Shown: positions 26,798-41,120 of the stretch, one piece after another | How positions within the stretch are numbered: the stretch's first letter is position 1 | Layout: each line of letters opens with the position of its first letter | Source: Eledone cirrhosa | Lineage: Eukaryota | Direction: 5' to 3' | Assembly (NCBI GenBank): GCA_964016885.1 | Contig: OZ024743.1 | Location: 55,242,001 to 55,306,000, forward strand | DNA: 64,000 nucleotides | Notes under the pieces: generated by a model | What the model saw: the letters and a program-made list of their open reading frames with translations, nothing else | Database searches by the model: none | Told to the model about the DNA's origin: nothing | Made by a program: the position numbers and the translations under genes

Positions 26798-27894
26798 TTT
26801 TGAGATGGTTGAGTGTAATTTAAGGGACGTTTATTACTATTTACTGCATATCAAGAAATGGTGTGGAGGCTCATTTATCGGCTCATTTTGTAATACGCTT
26901 TCATGTTAAACATGAAGGCTCTTGGCGTTGGTGTAGAGGTGTTCGCCCTACGATCGTAAGTTCATGATTTCGATTCCTCATGGCGCGTTGTGCCATTGAC
27001 CAACACACTTTTTTCACGTCACTCAATCCATTCTTGTCACAAATTATGCCACGTGGAATCTCCCTGAGAACTACGTTAAGGCTACACGTCTTTATGGAAA
27101 ACACTTGCCCATTAATTTCACGAGCAGGCTGTTCTATTGAGTCAATGAACTGAAATACTCATCTTCGGAACGGATGAAGGATCCAACAATATAACATTGC
27201 TTTCTACTATAGGCACAACGCCAGAATTTGGTGGGGTGGAGGGAAAGTCGATTAAATCGACTCTAGTGCGTTACTGGTACTTTATTTTATCGACCCCGTA
27301 AGGATGAACGGTAAAGCTAATTTCGGCAGGATTTGAACTCAGATCGTTAAGGCCAATAGTTATTTTCAATAATTATAAAGAGGTAGAAACTATCCCCCTG
27401 TAAACATAGAGAAGGTTCCTCTGTCCACTTTTTTCCGTTTCCAGGAATACTTTACTTGATTTTCTCAATCATTTATAGTGACCGAATATTGTTATAGTCA
27501 TTTACGTGGAGATGACTACATTTCAAATTTCTCAGCAATCATAAAACAGATGTGTATTTGTTCTGGGATAGACATGAATCTACCTAGTTCACATTTCTCT
27601 TCTTGAGTACATCTAAATTATTTAAACACTAAATAGTTGTTTTTGTTGTCGTGACAACTCATATCTATCATGAAAAGACCAGACGCCTGTCCTTTGTAGG
27701 AGTTATCTCCCTGCTGTTGCTGCTTGTACTCATTTTTATCAGTTGACTCGACTGGAGTAACGTGAAATGAAGTGTTTTCTTGAAGCCAGGATTTAGCTGG
27801 AAATCCTCACTACTGCCTGTTTCAAACTTATATTTAAAGGTTTTCTTCAGTTTGGAAAAATAACGTTAGTATTCATGGTATATATGTATATATG

Positions 27895-28800
27895 TTCCTC
27901 TGGTTTTATAATTTTATAAATGTTTCCACAATAGAGAGAGAGAGCGAGAGAGAGAGAGAAAGAGAGTGAGAGAGAGAGTCGGTTTCTAACATAGATACAA
28001 GACTCTCTTATTGGGATTTACACAAAATCAACTAGGTAGATATGTATGCATATCTGCTTGCATGCATGTATGGATGTTATTGTACGTGTGGATGTGGATG
28101 TTTTAAGTTATGTGTACATGTGCATATGCTTTGTGTCTGTACATGTGTATATGCAGTTATTAGATGCAACATTTTTGGAATGTTTTACATATTTTTACTG
28201 TTTCATTAATGAATTGTACTTGTAATTTCCTAACTAGTTGTGTTCTTTCTGTTTATGTGAAGCCTAGCTTCTCAAGATTTGTATTGAGGCAGTTACTAAC
28301 ATATCCCAGTGCCCCAATAATCACAGGCATAAATCTGAAGGTATAGTAAGAGTGGAGTATCTGTAGATTTCTCCTTAGTTCTGCATAGATATTCTCCTTT
28401 TCGCTGAACTTTGATATTATATTGTCATCTGCTGGGCAGCTAATTTCCACTATTGTGCATGCCTTTTTGTCCCTGTCCCATATCATTATATCTGGTCTGT
28501 TATGTTTGCGTTTTATTGGGGTTTTTACTGGAACATTCCACCAGTACTCTTTCATATTATGTATGTATATGTCTTGCACATTGTTGTAACTTTTAATGTG
28601 TTTATTGTCGGGGATATCTTTTCTATGGATTACATTGTACAGTGTTTTGGCCACTACATCAAGCTTTATAGGTAGATAGTACCATGACGACATCTTTGTC
28701 CAGCTGCTTATGACATGGGTGACATCTTCGATGTTAATTCTGCAGAGTCTGCACTTGTCACATCTAGGTGTTTTGCCTGCATCCCTATCTCTTTTGTGCG
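27895..28800 (-). mobile_element. 5'-truncated copy of the R4-clade element (zinc knuckle, RLE domain, 3' UTR)
   Basis: ORF 28253-28693 has KHNRPDIMIWD..VEISCP..PVIIGALG and is colinear with 6929-7835. The 3' end abuts CATA/TA repeats. Confidence 0.9.
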
Positions 28801-29100
28801 TCTGTGTTTACATTTATGTATGTGTTTATGTCCTGAAACTTTGCAGTTCGATGAGAAGAGATCGATAAAATGAGTACCGTATTTGACAAAATTGGTACTG
28901 CGGATAGATGTAGTCGAATAAAATCCCAATAAATAATCATTCTTCGTTGATTGATTAATCTCTACTCGCCAGTCAATATAGTTTCGACACTGTCAAACGC
29001 ACCACTTCATTTCTCATTAATTCTTCAGACATTTTCTTCCTGTTTGCAACCGCACCTTCTTCTTCTTCTTCTTCTTCTTCTTGTAGTGATGTAGAGGAGA

Positions 29101-29272
<172 letters not shown>

Positions 29273-29379
29273 CTTAAATATCATAAATTCTGACCAGCCA
29301 AGTTTACACTATATGCAAATGACCGTGCCCAGCAAATGTTCATCATGCAAAATCAATATAGGCTCAGTACTGGTTGAGT

Positions 29380-29430
29380 GAATGTCACTGATGAGGGGTT
29401 AATGAATCTTGGAACAGCTGTCTGGCATTC
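29380..29430 (+). ncRNA. Minimal type-I hammerhead motif with one core substitution
   Basis: GAATGTCA-CTGATGA-GGGGTT AATG AATCTT-GGAA(for GAAA)-CAGCTG-TC-TGGCATTC. Stem I is 8 bp, stem III is the palindrome ACAGCTGT, and the cleavage triplet is GUC. Confidence 0.7.
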
Positions 29431-29628
29431 TGAATTGCTACTGAGGTACTGTGACATGGTCACAGAGCAAAAGACAATCAAAAGTTGTTCACAATGAAAA
29501 AACAATTTTCTTTGATAGCGAGTCTCCCATGTTGTGATGTGATTTAAATTTTTTTTTTATATATAAACATATAACATATGCTTTCATATACGCCCCTATC
29601 ATGTTTAGCGCTACTGTATATTACTCCT

Positions 29629-29810
<182 letters not shown>

Positions 29811-29930
29811 AATGGAAGTACAGCATATCGGAACCCCGAGCCGCAGCTAAGCCGACGAATGCATTCAGAAGTTCAGCCAAGCACTCGATTAGGTATAATG
29901 CCTTAGAGTAATTATATATATATATATATA

Positions 29931-31005
29931 CTAGTTGAATGATCCGGCGTTGCCCGGGTTACTGTTGTTCCTATTCAGATTAGTAAACAATAAATATAAA
30001 GATATTTTTTTTTTCTCATAATTATTTCAAAATATCTAAATTTTATTTTTTTAAATATTAAAATTGTAATGATAATAGAATTTAGAAATGAAAATGTGTC
30101 AATCTTGAAGCACCTCGGGGTAAACAATATTCATTGTGTAATTGTTTGTTGGTGTCCAAATGAATAAATTGTTGTTGCTTCCAACTCGTGAGCAACCAGC
30201 AAAGAGTTGGCCGTGGGAGAAGTATGTGGTGGAGACGTCAAGTCCAACTACCTCGTGAACAAATAAGTATCAACATCTTAAGAAATATGTATTAATTATT
30301 ATTTTTATATCCAGTGTAAATTAACCAAATATAAGCAAATGTATTAACTGCTAATTTAACGGTATGAGAATATAAATATAAATGAACAGGCACACATACA
30401 CTCACACAAATCATAAAAAACACACACAGACATAAATTCATACATACACACACACAGTTTCACTCACGTACAGACAGACATACACTCACACCAACTCATA
30501 AATAATACACACAGACATACATTCATACAAACACACACAGTTTCACCCCTAGGTTTCGTTATGTCAGTCGTCACAGAAATGTATGCATACTCACACACAC
30601 ATACACTCACACACATACACTTGTCAGTCACCACATGTGTAGATGTGTGTGGGTGTGTTTAATTCTCTGTGCATCTGATTAAATATTTACGTGAAAATGT
30701 GTGTATGTAACGTACTAAGGCCTAATGTAGCTAACGAACGCGAAAAAAACACACACACACACACTTATATACAAAATGTGACGTCGTAGTCGTCAACGTA
30801 GTGTTACAAAATGTCCGTTTATTAGTTGACTATAGTAGAATATTTTAAATAAAATGTTATATTGTTTTCATCCAGATGAAAATAAAAATTACATGTTAAT
30901 CTCGAGTTTACATGTAAAATTTGATTTGATTTGGTCGAGCTATTTGAGAATGCATGAGGAAAAGACAGATAAGGACAGACATAAAAAGAGACAAAGAATT
31001 CATAT
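29931..31005 (-). mobile_element. Non-autonomous Helitron carrying a helicase C-terminal fragment
   Basis: 3' end CCCGGGCAACGCCGG hairpin..CTAG-T. 30099-30254 (-) translates EVVGLDVSTTYFSHGQLFAGCSRVGSNNNLFIWTPTNNYTMNIVYPEVLQD*, a PIF1-like RepHel C-terminus. The 5' end is shared with 57330-57501. Confidence 0.85.
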
Positions 31006-31057
31006 ATATGTATATGTAAGAATATTTTCGAAACAGCGAGCGAGTTTGAAATTATAA

Positions 31058-31265
31058 ATGTAAGCTATCGCCGTATTTTGACTAAAGAAATTAAAGAAAA
31101 TTATTTAGCCTGATAGTGGGGTTAAGAACACTCGGAGAAATGGAAAAAGATGAGTATTGACGTCAATACTCATCTTTTTCCATTTCTCCGAGGGTTCTTA
31201 ACCCCACTATCAGGCTAAATAATTTTCTTTAATTTCTTTAGTCAAAATACGGCGATAGCTTACAT
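31058..31265. repeat. Loopless palindrome, 104-bp arms with 1 mismatch
   Basis: Centre ..ATTGAC|GTCAAT.. at 31161/31162. Confidence 0.95.
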
Positions 31266-31729
31266 ATATATATATATATACATGAGTGTGTGTGTGTGTG
31301 TGTGTAAATACTTATCTATGCATATATGTATATATGTGAGTGTATGTATGTAAGTAGGTTTGTAGGTACATACATTCTATTCTCCTGTGAAGCATTTGAG
31401 AAACATCTGTGATGTTTAAATAGATATCCCAAGGAAACACTACAGGCATGAAGTGGCAGATCAGGCTTGCTCTCAACTAAGATCCTTAGATTAACTAAAA
31501 GTTGTATATACATACATACGGGTTTGCTCTCAACTTAAGACACCTAGATTAACTAATAGCTTTCTCTATATCCAGCCAGTCGAGCGTAAAATATTTAACT
31601 ACATCGAAACAATCCCTATTCAGCTGTGATCATTGCTAATCGCAGTACTTGTCACTTCCCTCCGACTAAACTGAAATTTAATCACGATACATCATATGTC
31701 GAATCATTGCACAGACTTTTGAAAATCAA

Positions 31730-31798
31730 AAGTAGTAGTAGTAGCAGTGGTGATGGCGGTGGAGTTCATGGTGGTAGTGTTTGTAGTAGTAGTAGTAG

Positions 31799-31830
<32 letters not shown>

Positions 31831-31929
31831 GGTGTTGTTGTTGTGGTGGTGGTGGTGCTGGTGGTGGTGGTGGTAGTGGTAGTGGTGTTCACGGTGGTAG
31901 TAGTAGTGGTGTTCACAGTGGTGGTGGTT

Positions 31930-31963
<34 letters not shown>

Positions 31964-32060
31964 CGGTGGTGGTGGTAGTGGTGTTCACGTTGGTGATTGT
32001 GGTTGTAGTAGTAGTAATAGTAGTTGTTGTTGTTGTTGTTGTTGTTGTAGTAGTAGTCAC
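31730..32060. repeat. Compound trinucleotide microsatellite (GTA/GTG/GTT)
   Basis: Direct inspection. Confidence 0.9.
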
Positions 32061-32738
32061 TATTATGAAAACAAAAATTGTGAGATATATGGTTATGGTT
32101 GTTTGTGAGAAAACCATTACAAAGCAAACTGGAAGTAAAAGAGGAGAAAACTAGAGTTGAGTAAAAACAAAACAAATCAAGTGTTCACACTTTTACGAGG
32201 AGTGTTTTTTACCTTAATTTATGTATATGCCATGATATTTCGAGACTAATATCTCTTCTTCCGAGGAAAATAAAGGAACTATTCCAGTGTCCGATGCAGT
32301 TTGCTATACTATGCTGTTCGAAATTGGTTTTATTTTTTTCCTACCTCTTTTGTTTAAAAAATTAAGGTCTGGACAGGTCAAGGGGGACACAGAATTATTT
32401 CCCTTTAAATCTGCATAGACATATATATACGCGCTGACACACACGCGCATGCAAACATGTGTGCGAAAGCACGCAAATAAGCAAATACGTATGGATAAAA
32501 TCGTGTGAACACATGAATACATATACTCGATTTCTCCCGGATGGATAATATGCTGGTATGCATGTGTACCCTTATGTGTAGAGTCCAGTGGTCTTCTAAG
32601 TTAGGTGTTGTGTGCCTAGTTCTATGTTAGGTGCTGCGTGCTTACTTGTAGTCTACTATTGATTTGCGGGTGTGTTCTGACTATGATTAATGCTTCCTTA
32701 ATTCTGAGATTGCCGAGGTTTCTTTCTTTTGTTTCAAC

Positions 32739-32773
<35 letters not shown>

Positions 32774-34611
32774 GGGTTTAACTTATGTCGGTATCTGCAT
32801 TTGGGGATATTTGCTACTCCTTAATTGATATATATATGTGTGTGTGTGTAATATATAAGTTGTGACGTCACTGGTGTCAAACTGTGTCTGTCTTCGTTAT
32901 TCCCTGGGACAACATCGATGCCTTGGAAAAGGTAGACTTGAGTCTTGAAGTCCGCAACACGTGTTGCCCAGATTTGTGACTTTCCAGCTAAAAACCCTTG
33001 ATCAGTGATGACCAAAGCAAGGCTCATTCAATACGTTAAGTAGGTCAGTAAAGTGTTAAATTATGCGACTTTATTATACTTCCTCCCTTCATCTAGGTTT
33101 AACTTCAGCTGAAATGTTATGCCCGTGTTGTGTACCTTCTGCAAATATGGTCAATGCTGTACAATGTTAATAAAGCCAGCGATCAACTGATAACATTGTT
33201 TATTCATAACAGAATGAAAAATAAACAGATATTGATGATAACTCACGTGCTGGAATCAAATCGAGTAGTCATCATCATCATTATCATCATCGTCATCTCT
33301 GCATATGCATATTCAAATAAACACATATACGAGTATATGTATACATTAACATATTTTGCGACGCACAATCACTTCCACGCCACACACACAAACACAGGCA
33401 CAGACACAGACACACACACACACACACATTCATGATGTATATATGCTAACGGGCCATAAATTACCTCTCTTTGCTCTTCCTAATGATACAAGATATGTTA
33501 GAGTAGGAATTATGCTAGAAAGGAAAGGAGGAAGGAAGGATGGAAGAAATAAAGTGAGTGAGTGGTGGGAGAGAAAGGGAGGGATATGAGTGGTGGGAGA
33601 ATTATACAATATAGTGCTACAATTTATTAGATTTCTACGTGGAACAGTTATAATTGTTATTAGTCGGGTTAAAATGGCGTCTTTTATCACACACATCTCG
33701 TTGACACGTTGATGTATAGGTTTGTCATCTAATTGAACTGCGTACTCAACCATAAAGATCTGTCTCAACTTGTCGATAATTTATGCATCAATCATGGCCG
33801 CAATAGTTCTCCTGCTTTTCTGAATCAGGTGGATATGATTGCGCAGCGATGCATGACATGCACAGATGAATCTTTCGCTTCTCACCACACTGAATGTGAC
33901 AGACATCGCCTCTGATCGTTGCCGTTATTTGTTTTTATTGTTTTCCACGGTTCGTAGAATCGAATGCAATTCATAGATTTTACAGGATCGAATGAAGTTT
34001 GCGTGTAGCACACAAAACCCAGCTTCATTTCGGAAAATTGGAATGCCATGCGACCCCATTCCATATTATTTTCATTTCATGGGTGTTGTTCTTGTAGATA
34101 GATCAAACACATTGTTACTGTGTAATAATTAATAATGGTTTCTAATTTTGGCACAAGGCCAGCAATTTTCGGCAGGGGGAAAAGCCGGTTAATTCGACAC
34201 AAGTACTTGATCCTTACTTTATATTGTCGAGTCATATTCATGGTTGCTAATCTAGACCCAAGGCCTTTACAAGGAAGGGAAAGTTGATTAAATCAACATC
34301 ATTACTGGCTTGGTACTTTATTTAGTCAACCACAAATAGACGACAGACATAATTGACCTAGGCAAGATTTGAACTATGAATTTCGAATTTAGGCAAAGGG
34401 CCAGTAATTGTTTGTGGGTGGTGGGGAGAATGTCCATTAAACCGATCAGTACATGACTGGTACTATATTTTATCGAGCCATTCTAAGGCATTTTTCTCCT
34501 ACGCTCTAACGTCTTTGATGAGTTGTGGCTATTATTCCATTCTATAACATGGATGATTGCAACAGAGACGGATGATGGTGATGTTGATGATGAGGTTGAT
34601 GATCATTATCG

Positions 34612-35025
34612 GAGGTTAACTTTGCCTTTCATCCTTACGGGGTGGATAAAATAAAGTACCAGTAATGCACTGGGATAATTGCTGGCCTTGTGCCAAAAGT
34701 AGAAACAATTATCATTATGATCACCACAATGACCACCATCACCACCACCACCACCACCACCACCAACAACATACAACCAAAAATCGACACGAACATCATC
34801 ACCCATTAACATCATCACTGTCATCCTCATCATCACCAGCATATTCATCAACATCTTCCTAATCCGCTTCGTCATCACCATCATCATCAACTCCATCAAC
34901 TTCATCATTATTATTATCACCCGCCGAGGTTAACTTTGCCTTTCATCCTTACGGGGTCGGTAAAATAAAGTACCAGTAATACACTGAGTAATTGCTGGCC
35001 TTGTGCCAAAAGTAGAGACAATTAT
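34612..35025 (+). mobile_element. Two 5'-truncated SINE A copies (34612-34712, 34920-35025) in ATC/ACC repeats
   Basis: GAGGTTAACTTTGCCTTTCATCCTTACGGGG...GGCCTTGTGCCAAAAGTAGA. Confidence 0.85.
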
Positions 35026-35101
35026 TATCACCATCGTCTTCATCATCATCATCATCATCATTTTCCTCAACAAGAATAACAACAATAACAACGCCCATTA
35101 A

Positions 35102-35124
35102 TGATCATCATCATCATCATCATT

Positions 35125-35155
<31 letters not shown>

Positions 35156-35214
35156 CCACCATCATCTTCATCATCATCATCATCATCATCTTCATCATCA
35201 TCATCACCATCATC

Positions 35215-35245
<31 letters not shown>

Positions 35246-38200
35246 CCATCCTCTTCATCAACATCATCATCATCATCTTCATCATCATCGTCATCAACCT
35301 AATAACCATCATCATCGTCATCAACCTCATAACCACCATCACCATCATCATCAACCTCATAACCATCATCATCATCGTCATCAACCTCATAACCATCATC
35401 ATCATCGTCATCAACCTCATAACCATCATCATCATCATCATCATCAACCTCATAACCATCATCATCATCGTCATCAACCTCATAACCATCATCATCATCA
35501 TCATCAACCTCATAACCATCACATTCATCATCATCAACCTCATAACCATCATCATCATCATCATCATCAACCTCATAACCATCATCATCATCGTCATCAA
35601 CCTCATAACCATCATCATCATCATCATCATCAACCTCATAACCATCATCATCATCATCATCAACCTCATAACCATCATCATCATCGTCATCAACCTCATA
35701 ACCATCATCATCATCGTCATCAACCTCATAACCATCATCACCATCATCATCAACCTCATAACCATCATCATCATCGTCATCAACCTCATAACCATCATCA
35801 TCGTCATCAACCTCATAACCATCATCATCATCATCATCAACCTCATAACCATCATCATCATCATCATCAACCTCATAACCATCATCATCGTCATCATCAA
35901 CCTCATAACCACCATCACCATCATCATCAACCTCATAACCATCATCATCATCGTCATCAACCTCATAACCATCATCATCGTCATCATCAACCTCATAACC
36001 ACCATCACCATCATCATCAACCTCATAACCATCATCATCATCATCATCAACCTCATAACCATCATCATCGTCATCATCAACCTCATAACCACCATCACCA
36101 TCATCATCAACCTCATAACCATCATCATCGTCATCATCAACCTCATAACCACCATCACCATCATCATCAACCTCATAACCATCATCATCATCGTCATCAA
36201 CCTCATAACCACCATCATCATCATCATCAACCTCATAACCATCATCATCATCGTCATCAACCTCATAACCATCATCATCATCGTCATCAACCTCATAACC
36301 ATCATCATCGTCATCATCAACCTCATAACCATCATCATCATCATCATCAACCTCATAACCACCATCATCGTCATCATCAACCTCATAACCATCATCATCA
36401 TCATCATCAACCTCATAACCATCATCATCGTCATCATCAACCTCATAACCATCATCATCATCATCATCAACCTCATAACCACCATCATCGTCATCATCAA
36501 CCTCATAACCATCATCATCATCATCATCAACCTCATAACCATCATCATCATCGTCATCAACCTCATAACCATCATCATCATCGTCATCAACCTCATAACC
36601 ATCATCATCATCATCATCAACCTCATAACCATCATCACCATCATCATCAACCTCATAACCATCATCATCGTCATCAACCTCATAACCATCATCATCGTCA
36701 TCAACCTCATAACCATCATCATCATCGTCATCAACCTCATAACCATCATCACCATCATCATCAACCTCATAACCATCATCATCATCGTCATCAACCTCAT
36801 AACCATCATCATCATCGTCATCAACCTCATAACCATCATCATCGTCATCATCAACCTCATAACCACCATCACCATCATCATCAACCTCATAACCATCATC
36901 ATCATCATCATCAACCTCATAACCATCATCATCGTCATCATCAACCTCATACCATCATCACCATCATCATCACCATCACCATCATCATCAACCTCATAAC
37001 CATCATCACCATCATCATCAACCTCATAACCATCATCATCGTCATCAACCTCATAACCATCATCATCGTCATCAACCTCATAACCATCATCATCATCGTC
37101 ATCAACCTCATAACCATCATCACCATCATCATCAACCTCATAACCATCATCATCATCGTCATCAACCTCATAACCATCATCATCATCGTCATCAACCTCA
37201 TAACCATCATCATCGTCATCATCAACCTCATAACCACCATCACCATCATCATCAACCTCATAACCATCATCATCATCGTCATCAACCTCATAACCACCAT
37301 CATCATCATCATCAACCTCATAACCATCATCATCATCGACATCAACCTCATAACCATCATCATCATCGTCATCAACCTCATAACCATCATCATCGTCATC
37401 ATCAACCTCATAACCATCATCATCATCACCATCAACCTCATAACCACCATCATCGTCATCATCAACCTCATAACCATCATCATCATCATCATCAACCTCA
37501 TAACCATCATCATCGTCATCAACCTCATAACCATCATCATCGTCATCATCAACCTCATAACCATCATCATCATCGTCATCAACCTCATAACCATCATCAT
37601 CGTCATCATCAACCTCATAACCACCATCATCATCAACCTCATAACCACCATCATCGTCATCATCAACCTCATAACCATCATCATCATCATCATCAACCTC
37701 ATAACCATCATCATCATCGTCATCAACCTCATAACCATCATCATCATCATCATCAACCTCATAACCATCATCACCATCATCATCAACCTCATAACCATCA
37801 TCATCGTCATCAACCTCATAACCATCATCATCGTCATCAACCTCATAACCATCATCATCGTCATCAACCTCATAACCATCATCATCATCGTCATCAACCT
37901 CATAACCATCATCACCATCATCATCAACCTCATAACCGTCATCATCATCGTCATCAACCTCATAACCATCATCATCATCATCATCATCAACCTCATAACC
38001 ATCATCATCATCATCATCAACCTCATAACCATCATCACTATCATCATCAACCTCATAACCATCATCATCGTCATCAACTTCATAACCATCATCATCGTCA
38101 TCAACCTCATAACCATCATCATCATCGTCATCAACCTCATAACCATCATCATCGTCATCAACCTCATAACCATCATCATCATCATCATCAACCTCATAAC

Positions 38201-38610
38201 CGTCATCATCATCGTCATCAACCTCATAACCATCATCATCATCATCATCATCAACCTCATAACCATCATCATCATCATCATCAACCTCATAACCATCATC
38301 ACTATCATCATCAACCTCATAACCATCATCATCGTCATCAACTTCATAACCATCATCATCGTCATCAACCTCATAACCATCATCATCATCGTCATCAACC
38401 TCATAACCATCATCATCGTCATCAACCTCATAACCATCATCATCATCATCATCAACCTCATAACCATCATCACCATCATCATCAACCTCATAACCATCAT
38501 CATCGTCATCAACCTCATAACCATCATCATCGTCATCAACCTCATAACCATCATCATCATCGTCATCATCATCGTCATCATTATAATCATCATCAACCTC
38601 ATCCCCATCT
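35102..38610. repeat. Minisatellite of ~27-33-bp units (ATC/GTC/ACC)n-AACCTCATAACC, roughly 110 units
   Basis: Near-invariant AACCTCATAACC core with a variable number of triplets. One non-triplet indel near 36950. Confidence 0.95.
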
Positions 38611-39117
38611 ACATCATTGTCATCGTCACCACCACCATCGTCATCACCACAACTATCATCATCATCATCACATCCTCACTCCCCACCACCACCACCACCA
38701 CCATGATCATCATCGTAATCATCAGCAGCGCCAACAAAAAGAACAACAAAACAACAAAAAGGACAATAAAAGAACATACAAGAATAACAACACAAATAGT
38801 TTCCTCCTCACCACCACTCCTCCTCCTCCTCCTCCTTCTCCCCATCATCATCATCACCGTTAGCAATAATAACAATAAAATCAACAATAACAGAAACAAC
38901 TTAACCATCATCACAAATGCTAACAACAATAACAACAATAACAACAATAACAACAATAACAGCTTCGACCAATCACCATCATCATTATGAATAACAACGA
39001 CTAATCATCACTATAAATATATTATCGTCATCATCATCAACATCGTCAACAAAAAGAACAACTACTGCTACTACTACTACTACTACTAGTAACTACTGCA
39101 TCTACTAACCACTGCAT

Positions 39118-39153
<36 letters not shown>

Positions 39154-39156
39154 TAT

Positions 39157-39204
<48 letters not shown>

Positions 39205-39207
39205 TAT

Positions 39208-39252
<45 letters not shown>

Positions 39253-39839
39253 ACAACAACAACAACAACAAAACCAAAGCCTACCAGCCAGTCAAGAGTG
39301 TCATGAAACATGTACTTCTTTTCCTAACACGCTCATCACGTTTTATGATTTAATTTCTAACATGGCCGTACATTTGATTTCAACATTTCCGTTTTATTGA
39401 AATGTCCCGGATGTTTACTCACCACCACCACCACCACCACCACCAACTGATGAGCATCAGTAAACACCGCCTCCTGTTGTCAGTATAACGACTGACGCGT
39501 AGAGTTATGACGTTGACAGCAACGTGTCACATCCGATTTCTGCCGGAAGGAATTTAATGAAAGCCATCACATCACATGACAAGCTTCATCGGAAGTTATT
39601 TAAATTAGACGATCTCATGTGGTTATTACTGTTTGTGTTGTTGTTGGTGTTTGGTGATGTTGTGGTGTTGTTCGTGGTGATAGTGGTATAGTGTTCTTGT
39701 TAGCGTTGGTGTTGGTGGTGTTAGTGGTATAGTGGAGTTGTTGATGGTGTTGGTATTGATGTTGTTGGTGTTGTTGTGGTGTTGTTGATGGCGTTGTTGG
39801 TGGCGTTGTTGTTGGTGGTGTTATTTGGTGATGTCGTGG

Positions 39840-41120
39840 TGTTGTTGTTGGTGTTTGGTGATGTGGTGTTGTTGGCGGTCTTAGTGGTATGGAGGTGTTG
39901 GTGTTGGTGTTTGGTGATGTGGTGTTGTTGGTGATGTTAGCAGTATGGTGGTGTTGGTGTTGGTGTTTGGTGATGTGGTGTTGTTGGCGGTGTTAGCGGT
40001 ATGTTGGTGTTGGTGTTGGTGTTTGGTGATGTGGTGTTGTTGGAGGTGTTAGCGGTATGGTGGTGTTGGTGTTGGTGTTTGGTGATGTGTTGATGTTGGC
40101 GGTGTTAGTGGTATGGTGGTGTTGGTGTTGGTGTTTGTTGATGTGGTGTTGTTGGCGGTGTTAGTGGTATGGTGGTGTTGGTGTTGGTGTTTGGTGATGT
40201 GGTGTTGTTGGTGGTGTTAGCAGTATGGTGGTGTTGGTGTTGGTGTTTGGTGATGTGGTGTTGTTGGCGGTGTTAGTGGTATGGTGGTGTTGTTGTTGGT
40301 GTTTGGTGATGTGGTGTTGTTGGCGGTGTTAGCAGTATGGTGGTGTTGGTGTCGGTGTTTGGTGATGTGGTGTTGTTGGTGGTGTTAGTGGTATGGTGGT
40401 GTTGGTGTTGGTGTTTGGTGATGTGGTGTTGTTGGCGGTGTTAGCGGTATGGTGGTGTTGGTGTTGGTGTTTGGTGATGTGGTGTTGTTGGTGGTGTTAG
40501 TGGTATGGTGGTGTTGGTGTTGGTGTTTGGTGATGTGGTGTTGTTGGCGGTTTTAGCGGTATGGTGTTGTTGGTGTTGGTGTTTGGTGATGTGGTGTTGT
40601 TGGTGGTGTTAGTGGTATGGTGGTGTTGGTGTTGGTGTTTGGTGATGTGATGTTGTTGGTGATGTTAGCAGTATGGTGGTGTTGGTGTTGGTGTTAGGTG
40701 ATGTGGTGTTGTTGGCGGTGTTAGTGGTATGGTGGTGTTGGTGTTTGGTGATGTGGTGTTGTTGGCGGTTTTAGCGGTATGGTGTTGTTGGTGTTGGTGT
40801 TTGGTGATGTGGTGTTTTTGGTGGTGTTAGTGGTATGGTGTTGTTGGTGTTGGTGTTTGGTGATGTGGTGTTGTTGGTGGTGTTGGTGTTGGTGTTTGGT
40901 GATGTGGTGTCGTTGGCGGTGTTAGTGGTATGGTGGTGTTGCTGTTGGTGTTTGTTGATGTGGTGTTGTTGGCGGTGTTAGTGGTATGGTGGTGTTGGTG
41001 TTGGTGTTTGTTGATGTGGTGTTGTTGGCGGTGTTAGTGGTATGGTGGTGTTGTTGTTGGTGTTTGTTGATGTGGTTTTGTAGCTGTATGGTGGTGGTGG
41101 TGTTGGTGTTGGTGTTAGGT
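39840..41120. repeat. 56-bp GT-rich minisatellite (~20+ units)
   Basis: Unit GGTATGGTGGTGTTGGTGTTGGTGTTTGGTGATGTGGTGTTGTTGGCGGTGTTAGC, with GTATG spaced 56 bp apart (39943, 39999). A 21-bp array follows at ~41640-41880. Confidence 0.9.

Noticed and set aside
35290-38600. Constant 12-bp repeat with variable spacers resembling a CRISPR array
   Set aside because: The spacers are only ATC/GTC/ACC triplets, the context is eukaryotic and there are no cas genes.
35067-38608. Met-rich (627/553 aa) and Ile-rich (632 aa) ORFs
   Set aside because: These are alternative frames of the ATC minisatellite, with implausible composition.
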